Made by a program: the position numbers and the translations under genes. Source: Cereibacter sphaeroides 2.4.1 (GTDB lineage: Bacteria; Pseudomonadota; Alphaproteobacteria; Rhodobacterales; Rhodobacteraceae). From it: a DNA stretch of 32,000 bases. The stretch is taken from the NCBI RefSeq assembly GCF_000012905.2, contig NC_007493.2:2340001-2372000 (forward strand), in the 5' to 3' direction. Below are positions 25,706 through 32,000 of the stretch, piece by piece (positions within the stretch are counted from its first letter, which is position 1; each line of letters begins with the position of its first letter). The notes beneath the pieces were generated by a model, which was not told the origin of the DNA, made no database searches, and was given only the letters and a program-made list of their open reading frames with translations.

Positions 25706-26106
25706 GCCGAGACCTGCCGGATCCAGTCGCTGAGGTTGTAGAAGGTGGTCACCCGGGCGATCCTGCCGTTCCGCAGGTCGAAGAAGGCGCCCGCGGGCAG
25801 GACATAGGTCTGGCCCTGCGCCTCGGGCAGGCCGGGATCGGTCTGCAGGTACGTGCCGTGCACCACGAATTCCGCAGCCCCCCGCGTGCCGTCCTCGGTC
25901 ACGAAGATCACCATGTCGCGCAGTTCCTCGCGGTAGCTCACCCCCATGTGCGAGCAGAAGTCCGCGAATGCCTCCCGGCCGTGGCGCACCTCGCCCTCGT
26001 TCACCCGGTGCTCGATATCGTCGGTGACGCAGGCCAGCATCCCCTCCGCATCGCCCGCGTTGAAGGCTTCGTAATAGCGCCCGATCAGCTCACGTCCCGT
26101 CATCAT
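25702..26106 (-). CDS. NTF2/SnoaL-like (ketosteroid-isomerase-like) protein
   Basis: Reading from the ATG at 26106: MMTGRELIGRYYEAFNAGDAEGMLACVTDDIEHRVNEG...RIARVTTFYNLSDW. Confidence 0.7.
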   Translation of the reverse strand: MMTGRELIGRYYEAFNAGDAEGMLACVTDDIEHRVNEGEVRHGREAFADFCSHMGVSYREELRDMVIFVTEDGTRGAAEFVVHGTYLQTDPGLPEAQGQTYVLPAGAFFDLRNGRIARVTTFYNLSDWIRQVSA

Positions 26107-26581
26107 CCCTCTCCTCTGCCCCGTCCCGCGGCGTGCCGAAGCGCGCCACCATCCGGCCGCGGATCTGGTCGCGCACCTGCCGGTAGACGGAGAGCTTCTG
26201 CTCGCGCCCCTCGCCCAGCCCCGTCGGATCCATGATCGGCCAATATTCCACATCAAGGTGATAATATCGGGTGAGTTCAAGGGCCATCCGCTGGCTCGCG
26301 GGCGAGAGCGCCACGATCAGATCGAACCCCGACAGATCGTCGCCCCAGTCCATCATCTCCTCAAAGGAGCGCGCGCGGTGACGCGACAGCTCGACCCCGA
26401 TCTCCTGACAGACGGCGACGGTGAAGCCGTCGATCTCGCGGTCGTTCTTCACGCCGGCCGACTGCACATAGGCCTGCCGGCCGTAGAGCTTCTTCATCAG
26501 CCCCTCCGCCATCGGCGAGCGGACCGAATTGTGGTCGCAGCAGAACAGCACCGAGGACGGCGGCTTCTGCGGCACGGTCAC
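26090..26581 (-). CDS. Low-molecular-weight phosphotyrosine phosphatase / ArsC-like family protein
   Basis: VLFCCDHNSVRSPMAEGL is the CX5R(S) P-loop. Its GTG start overlaps the UPF0262 stop. Confidence 0.75.
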   Translation of the reverse strand: MTVPQKPPSSVLFCCDHNSVRSPMAEGLMKKLYGRQAYVQSAGVKNDREIDGFTVAVCQEIGVELSRHRARSFEEMMDWGDDLSGFDLIVALSPASQRMALELTRYYHLDVEYWPIMDPTGLGEGREQKLSVYRQVRDQIRGRMVARFGTPRDGAEERDDDGT

Positions 26582-27054
26582 CCCCAGTGCAGGACGCAGA
26601 TGAGGGTGAAGAGGCGCCGCGCCGTGTCGATATCCACTTCGGCCTTGCCCTCCAGACGTTCCTTGAGCACCCGTGCACCCTCATTGTGGATGCCCCGGCG
26701 CGCCATGTCGATGGCTTCGATCTGGCTCGGCGGCAGCCGTTTGACCGCCTCGAAGTAGCTTTCGCAGATCTGGAAGTAGTCCTTCACCACCTGCCGGAAG
26801 GGGCCGAGGCTCAGGTGAAACTCGCCCACCGTCTCCTCCTCCTCCGAGCGGATATCGAAGACGAGCCGCCCCTCGCGGATCGCGAGCGTCAGCCGGAAGG
26901 GCCCCTCGGCCGGCGCCCGCCCCTCGCGCGCGGGCAGGGCGAAGCTGTTCTCCTCGAGCAGATCGAAGATCGCGACCTGCCGCTCCTGCTCGATCTCGGC
27001 AGTGGGCGGGATCGGGCTCGTCTGGTCGATCTCGATATGGCAGATGCGGTTCAT
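26578..27054 (-). CDS. UPF0262-family protein
   Basis: MNRICHIEIDQTS...EQERQVAIFDLLEENSF matches the family. It holds the conserved alphaproteobacterial position just downstream of hisD. Confidence 0.75.
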   Translation of the reverse strand: MNRICHIEIDQTSPIPPTAEIEQERQVAIFDLLEENSFALPAREGRAPAEGPFRLTLAIREGRLVFDIRSEEEETVGEFHLSLGPFRQVVKDYFQICESYFEAVKRLPPSQIEAIDMARRGIHNEGARVLKERLEGKAEVDIDTARRLFTLICVLHWG

Positions 27055-27057
27055 CTC

Positions 27058-28362
27058 TCAGCCCTCGTTCAGCCGGTCGAGCCGGGCGCGGACGGACAGG
27101 CCGTGCGCCTCGAGGCTCTCCGAAATGGCCAGCCGCTCGGCGGCGGGGCCCACGGCGCGCAGCGCCGCGGGCGTCATCCGGGCGAGCGTGGTGCGCTTGA
27201 GGAAATCCATCACCGACAGGCCGCTCGAGAAGCGCGCCGAGCGGGCGGTGGGCAGCACATGGTTCGGCCCGCCCACATAGTCGCCGATCGCCTCGGGCGT
27301 CCAGCCGCCGAGAAAGATCGCCCCCGCATGGCGGATCCGCGCGGCCAGCGCCTCGGGATCGGCCACGCACAGTTCGAGATGCTCGGGCGCCACCCGGTCC
27401 GACAGCGCCGCCGCCTCCTCCAGATCGCGCGTCACGATCACCGCCCCGTAGTCGCGCCACGAGGCGCCCGCGATCGCCCGCCGCTCGAGCGTCTCGAGCC
27501 GCGCCTCGACCGCCTGCACGACGGCCCGTCCGAGCGCCTCGTCGGGCGTGACGAGGATCGACTGCGCGCTCTCGTCATGCTCGGCCTGACTCAGAAGGTC
27601 GAGCGCGATCCAGTCGGGATCGACCGCGCCTTCCGCGATCACGAGGATCTCGGAGGGGCCCGCGATCATGTCGATCCCCACCCGGCCGAAGACCCGCCGC
27701 TTGGCCGCCGCCACATAGGCATTGCCCGGGCCGGTGATCTTGTCGACCGGCCGGATCGTCTCGGTGCCGTAGGCCAGCGCCGCCACCGCCTGCGCCCCGC
27801 CGATCCGGTAGACGGCATCCACGCCCGCCAGCCGCGCGGCCAGCAGCACCAGCGGATTGACCACGCCGCCCGGCGTGGGGCAGGCCACGACCAGCCGCTC
27901 CACTCCCGCGACCCTGGCGGGGATCGCATTCATCAGCACCGAGGACGGATAGGAGGCGAGCCCCCCCGGCACATAGAGCCCGGCCGAGGCGATGGGCCCC
28001 CAGCGCCAGCCGAGTTCGGCGCCGGCCGCATCGGTCCAGCGCGCATTCTCCGGCATCTGGCGGGCATGATAGGCCCGGATCCGCTCGGCCGCGAGCTCCA
28101 GCGCCGCGCGGTCCTCGGCAGATACGGTCGCGATCTCCGCCTCGATCTCCGCCTCCGAGAAGGCAAGCCGTTCGGGCGTCAGCTCCAGCCGGTCGAACCG
28201 CGCGGTCAGCTCGATCACCGCCGCATCCCCGCGCGCCCGCACATCCGCGATGATCCCGGCCACCACCGCATCGACATCGGGGCTGTCCTCGCGCTTCATG
28301 CCGAGAAGCGCGGTGAAATCCGCCTCGAAGCCGGGCCGACGGGTGTCGAGAAACTGGGGCAT
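27058..28362 (-). CDS. hisD: Histidinol dehydrogenase
   Basis: 434 aa with GLYVPGG, ITGPGNAYVAAAK, IDMIAGPSEILVIA, SQAEHD and PEHLEL. Confidence 0.95.
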   Translation of the reverse strand: MPQFLDTRRPGFEADFTALLGMKREDSPDVDAVVAGIIADVRARGDAAVIELTARFDRLELTPERLAFSEAEIEAEIATVSAEDRAALELAAERIRAYHARQMPENARWTDAAGAELGWRWGPIASAGLYVPGGLASYPSSVLMNAIPARVAGVERLVVACPTPGGVVNPLVLLAARLAGVDAVYRIGGAQAVAALAYGTETIRPVDKITGPGNAYVAAAKRRVFGRVGIDMIAGPSEILVIAEGAVDPDWIALDLLSQAEHDESAQSILVTPDEALGRAVVQAVEARLETLERRAIAGASWRDYGAVIVTRDLEEAAALSDRVAPEHLELCVADPEALAARIRHAGAIFLGGWTPEAIGDYVGGPNHVLPTARSARFSSGLSVMDFLKRTTLARMTPAALRAVGPAAERLAISESLEAHGLSVRARLDRLNEG

Positions 28363-28476
28363 GACGGACCTCCTTGCGTGCGCTTCCCTTAGCGCGCATC
28401 CCCCCCCGTCTCAAGCGCCGCCCTGCCCCCGCGGAGTGACACTTTCGCACGAGGCGGCGCGGGCCCGACCGCCTCC

Positions 28477-28509
28477 CATTCACTCTGTCCAAATATCCTC
28501 GGGGGGAGG
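28477..28509. repeat. Intergenic motif copy 2 (cattcactctgTCCAAATATCCtcggggggagg)
   Basis: It has the same core and orientation as copy 1 at 290..318. It lies in the DUF2948-hisD spacer, directly next to the stem-loop at 28508..28531. Confidence 0.4.
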
Positions 28510-28531
28510 GCCCGGCCGAAGGGCCGGGCCC
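28508..28531. other. Perfect 10-bp GC stem-loop (gggcccggcc GAAG ggccgggccc), a possible transcript 3'-end/stabiliser element
   Basis: The inverted repeat was read directly. It is located 53 nt downstream of the DUF2948 stop on the minus strand. There is no adjacent U-tract, so it is not a canonical intrinsic terminator. Confidence 0.4.
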
Positions 28532-28583
28532 CGGGGGGCAGACAGCCCCCCGCCCGTCCGTCCCGGGCTCACCCGAGGGCCCG

Positions 28584-29063
28584 TCAGTCGCGATGGTCGG
28601 GCACCCGTCCCGAGGGCGCCGCATAGGGCCGCGTCACGTCGCGCAGCACCACCTCCAGCGCCTCGACCTCGAGCGCCACCGCCCCGTCGCCCGCCAGCAC
28701 CAGAAGGATCCGCCCGCCTCCGTCGGCCCCCGGCTCGAACTCGACCGACAGGAGCGACAGGACGAGATCCGCGTCCGACCGGTCGAAGCCCTGCGTCCGG
28801 ACCGACAGCACCTCATCGATCGCCAGCACCGACTGCACCCGCTCGTAGGGCCGCCGGTCGCGTTCGGCCGCCTCGCGGTCCTCCCAGCGGAACCGGTTCA
28901 GGAGCAGCGCAAACCGCCGCTTGCGCGGCAGCCAGCGCATCTCGCCCGCAGGCAGGACCGCATCCTGCACCAGCGCCGAGATCACCCCCAGATCCTCGGG
29001 CGTCTCCGCGCCGAGATAGAGCGGCGCCTCGCCTCCGGCGTCTTCGAACCGCGCATCCGCCAT
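28584..29063 (-). CDS. DUF2948-family protein
   Basis: 159 aa: LYLGAETPEDLGVISALVQDAV...RRFALLLNRFRWED. Its start overlaps the murA stop by 1 nt. Confidence 0.7.
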   Translation of the reverse strand: MADARFEDAGGEAPLYLGAETPEDLGVISALVQDAVLPAGEMRWLPRKRRFALLLNRFRWEDREAAERDRRPYERVQSVLAIDEVLSVRTQGFDRSDADLVLSLLSVEFEPGADGGGRILLVLAGDGAVALEVEALEVVLRDVTRPYAAPSGRVPDHRD

Positions 29064-30331
29064 CAGCCGGGGATCCTTCTGATCTGCGCGCCGCAGGCGC
29101 TCAGCTTCTCTTCCACCCTCTCATAGCCGCGATCGAGGTGGTAGACCCGGCTCACGATGGTCTCGCCCTCGGCGGCGAGCCCGGCGAGGATCAGGCTCAC
29201 CGAGGCGCGCAGGTCGGTGGCCATCACCGGCGCCCCACGCAGCTTCTCGACGCCCGTCACCGTGGCGGTGCCGCCGTGCACCTCGATCCGCGCCCCCATC
29301 CGGATCAGCTCCGGCGCATGCATGAAGCGGTTCTCGAAAATCCTCTCCTCGAGCACGGAAGTGCCCTCGGCGGTGCAGAGAAGCGCCATCATCTGCGCCT
29401 GCAGGTCGGTGGGAAAACCCGGGAAGGGCTCGGTCATCACATCGACGGCCTTCACCCGGCCGTTCCTGCGCGCCACGCGCAGCCCGCGCTCGGTCTCCTC
29501 GACCGAGATGCCGGCCGCATCGAGCTTCTCGCAGAAGGCGCCGACCAGCTCGATCCGCCCGCCCAGAAGCTCGACCTCGCCGCCGCAGATCGCGGGCGCG
29601 AGCATGTAGGTGCCGAGCTCGATCCGGTCGGTGACGACGGGGTGCGTGGCCCCGCCCAGCCGGTCCACGCCCTGAATGGTCATGATCGAGGAGCCCTCGC
29701 CCTCGATCTGGGCCCCCATCCGCCGGAGGCAGCGGGCCAGATCGACGATCTCGGGCTCGCGCGCCGCATTCTCGAGCACGGTCGTGCCCTTGGCGAGGGT
29801 CGCGGCCATCAGCGCATTCTCGGTCGCTCCCACCGAGACGAGCGGGAAGACCACCCGCGCCCCCTTCAGCCCGCCCGCCGGGGCCTTGGCGTGGATATAG
29901 CCGTCGCGCAGGTCGAGCTCGGCCCCCATCGCCTCGAGCGCCTTCAGATGCAGGTCGACGGGCCGCGCCCCGATGGCGCAGCCGCCGGGCAGCGACACCA
30001 CCGCATGGCCGTCGCGCGCGAGCATCGGCCCCAGCACGAGGATCGAGGCGCGCATCTTCCGCACGATGTCGTAATCGGCGCGATGGTCGGTCAGCGCATG
30101 CGACGAGAGCGCCAGCACCTGCCCGCCCTGCAGGCTCGCCACCTCCGCGCCGAGCGACTGCAGAAGCTGCGTCATCGTGCGGATGTCCGACAGCCGCGGC
30201 GCATTGGTCAGCGTCAGCGGTTCGTCCGACAGGAGCGTGGCCGGCATCAGCGCCAGACAGGCATTCTTCGCCCCCGCGATCGGGATCTGCCCGCGCAGCT
30301 CGCCATTGCCCTTTACGAGAATCGAATCCAT
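29063..30331 (-). CDS. murA: UDP-N-acetylglucosamine 1-carboxyvinyltransferase
   Basis: 422 aa: [24 protein letters not shown]..., [15 protein letters not shown] (catalytic Cys) and HLDRGYE. Confidence 0.95.
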   Translation of the reverse strand: MDSILVKGNGELRGQIPIAGAKNACLALMPATLLSDEPLTLTNAPRLSDIRTMTQLLQSLGAEVASLQGGQVLALSSHALTDHRADYDIVRKMRASILVLGPMLARDGHAVVSLPGGCAIGARPVDLHLKALEAMGAELDLRDGYIHAKAPAGGLKGARVVFPLVSVGATENALMAATLAKGTTVLENAAREPEIVDLARCLRRMGAQIEGEGSSIMTIQGVDRLGGATHPVVTDRIELGTYMLAPAICGGEVELLGGRIELVGAFCEKLDAAGISVEETERGLRVARRNGRVKAVDVMTEPFPGFPTDLQAQMMALLCTAEGTSVLEERIFENRFMHAPELIRMGARIEVHGGTATVTGVEKLRGAPVMATDLRASVSLILAGLAAEGETIVSRVYHLDRGYERVEEKLSACGAQIRRIPG

Positions 30332-30341
30332 CCGCCTGCCC

Positions 30342-30536
30342 TCATTCCGGCGCGTCCCCGGGCCCCGCCTCGCGGGCCGCGCGCGCCTTCGCCTGTGCTT
30401 TCCGCCGGGCCATATTGGCCTTCAGCGCCGCCTTCAACCGGTCTTCGCGGCTCTCTGCCGCAGGCCCCTTCGGCCCCGGCGGAGCCTTGCCGCCGTCCGC
30501 GTCCTTCGACGCCCGATCCTTTGTCTTTCCGCTCAT
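30342..30536 (-). CDS. Small basic Lys/Arg/Ala-rich hypothetical protein (64 aa)
   Basis: The ORF ends 10 nt before the murA ATG on the same strand. It has a low-complexity charged sequence ([24 protein letters not shown]). Coding status is uncertain. Confidence 0.4.
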   Translation of the reverse strand: MSGKTKDRASKDADGGKAPPGPKGPAAESREDRLKAALKANMARRKAQAKARAAREAGPGDAPE

Positions 30537-30651
30537 GGCACCTTTCGTAGCGCAGCGGCAAAAAAGCGTCCAGTTGACCCTTGCACGGCGATCCGATTGC
30601 GTCTAATCACCCGCCACGCCCGAAGGCGGCACCCGACGCCGCGGCACCGGC

Positions 30652-30726
<75 letters not shown>

Positions 30727-31132
30727 CTCTTCCCCATGAAGTCCATGCAGATCCTGCGAGGCGCGCGCGTCTTCGTTCGCTGAAGAGGAATGCTCCCAGC
30801 GCCCGAACGGACGCTGAGCCTGCCTTCCGGCGATGCCTCGCGGCGGATCAGCCCGCCCGGGCGGGCAGTCAAGATCCGATGGGCCATGCAGGAGCTCGGC
30901 CGGAAATCGGAGAGGGGCGCGAAGCCACGACCCTAAGGTTGGCTGGTCTTCAGGGATGAGGGAACGCAGGAGCCTGAGGGCTCTCGATCCTCGGGAGGCG
31001 GGCCTGCCGGTCAGGCCGGCGTCAGGCCCTGCTCATCCTCGGAAGCCCGAGAGGGGACGGCAGTCTCGCGTCCGCCCTGCCCCCCAGGCGAAAGACCCCT
31101 GCCGCGCCATGCGGAACAGGGGCCGGGCGCCG

Positions 31133-32000
31133 CTAGAACATCAGGCTCGGCAGGCCGGTCACGAGCACGGGCCATTCGACGAGAATCGCGAGCAGCACCA
31201 GATCGACCGCGATGAACCAGCCCACACCCTTGAAGATCGTCGTGAGCGACACCCGGTCTCCGAGCGCGCCCTTGATGATATAGACGTTGAGGCCGACCGG
31301 CGGGGTCAGCAGGCCGATCTCGAGCAGCTTCACGAGGATGATGCCGAAGAAGATCAGATCGAGCCCCGCCTCGCGCGCCATGGGCAGGATGATCGGCATG
31401 GTCAGAAGCAGGATCCCCATGGAATCGAGGAACATGCCGAGGAAGATGTAGAGAAGGCTCACCGCAAGGAGCACCATGAGCTGGGTGGTGCCGAACTCGA
31501 TGAGAAGCGAGGCCGCATAGGCGGGCACCCCGGAGATCGCCATGAACTTGCCCAGCAGCGAGGTTCCGATGATGACGAGGAAGATCGAGGCGGTCGACAT
31601 CAGCGTGGCCTCGGTGGCCCGCTTCATGACGGCGAAATCGATCTTTCCGCGGAGAAGGCCCAGCAGGATCGCCAGTGCCGCACCGACGGCTCCGGCCGCG
31701 GTCGGGGTGAAGAAGCCCACGAAGATCCCGCAGAGCACGCCGAGGATGATGACCGGCAGCGGCCAGGTCTCCTGAAAGGCCGCGAGCTTCTCGGCCCGGG
31801 TGAAGCGGTCCTCGACCCTCGGCGCGAGGCGCGGGTTCACGAGGCAGCGCACCACGATCATGGCCGAGAAGGCGAGCGCCGTCAGGATGCCCGGAACGAT
31901 CCCCGCCGCGAAGAGCTGGGCGATCGAGACCTCGGCCAGATAGCCGTAGAGCACCATGAGGATCGAGGGCGGGATCAGCGCGCCGAGGGTCCCCGCGGCC
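31133..32000 (-). CDS. TRAP transporter large permease subunit (DctM family), C-terminal part; the 5' end lies beyond the window
   Basis: Highly hydrophobic multi-TM sequence: ...LGALIPPSILMVLYGYLAEVSIAQLFAAGIVPGIL...GMFLDSMGILLLTMPIILP...LLTPPVGLNVY. The frame stays open to the window edge. Confidence 0.85.
   Translation of the reverse strand, partial: AAGTLGALIPPSILMVLYGYLAEVSIAQLFAAGIVPGILTALAFSAMIVVRCLVNPRLAPRVEDRFTRAEKLAAFQETWPLPVIILGVLCGIFVGFFTPTAAGAVGAALAILLGLLRGKIDFAVMKRATEATLMSTASIFLVIIGTSLLGKFMAISGVPAYAASLLIEFGTTQLMVLLAVSLLYIFLGMFLDSMGILLLTMPIILPMAREAGLDLIFFGIILVKLLEIGLLTPPVGLNVYIIKGALGDRVSLTTIFKGVGWFIAVDLVLLAILVEWPVLVTGLPSLMF

Noticed and set aside
24271-30550. Three long + strand ORFs (24271..26235 of 654 aa, 26587..28392 of 601 aa, 28250..30550 of 766 aa)
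   Set aside because: All are antisense shadows of the well-supported minus-strand genes (nitrilase to murA). Their translations are dominated by R/P/G/A runs.

Overview
High-GC alphaproteobacterial chromosome segment. The gene content and two ECF-type promoter motifs suggest a Cereibacter/Rhodobacter sphaeroides-like member of the Rhodobacterales; this is an inference, not verified. The window has three parts. (1) 1-4.6 kb is core: dut (partial), coaBC, a ChaN-like lipoprotein, an rpoH-family sigma factor with a sigmaE-type promoter, cobP and a cobC-like phosphatase. (2) ~4.6-21.9 kb is an accessory segment bracketed by tRNA-Arg(CCG) and tRNA-Phe(GAA), whose 3' ends both face inward. It starts with a tyrosine-integrase C-terminal stub fused in frame to a decayed type I-E cas3. 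It then carries an ECF41 sigma factor with its carboxymuconolactone-decarboxylase partner and a textbook ECF41 promoter, a set of small redox/detox genes with their own regulators (VOC, SDR/HxlR, LysE, GNAT, MDR/AraC, ester cyclase), and finally a solitary 1,715-aa ORF. (3) 22-32 kb is core: yacG-rng-maf-infA, a nitrilase-family gene, a GNAT, an NTF2-like gene, an LMW-PTP-like gene, UPF0262, hisD, DUF2948, murA, tRNA-Thr(GGT) and a partial TRAP dctM. The most interesting object is the 1,715-aa ORF. It fuses a DEDD 3'-5' exonuclease, a complete RecQ SF2 helicase core and a complete UvrD SF1 helicase core. I cannot assign this architecture to a named system, and its position fits a candidate single-gene defence or genome-surveillance function. 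I saw no CRISPR array, no intact cas operon, no transposase and no rRNA. Many long ORFs in the supplied track are antisense or extension artefacts of high GC3 and were rejected.
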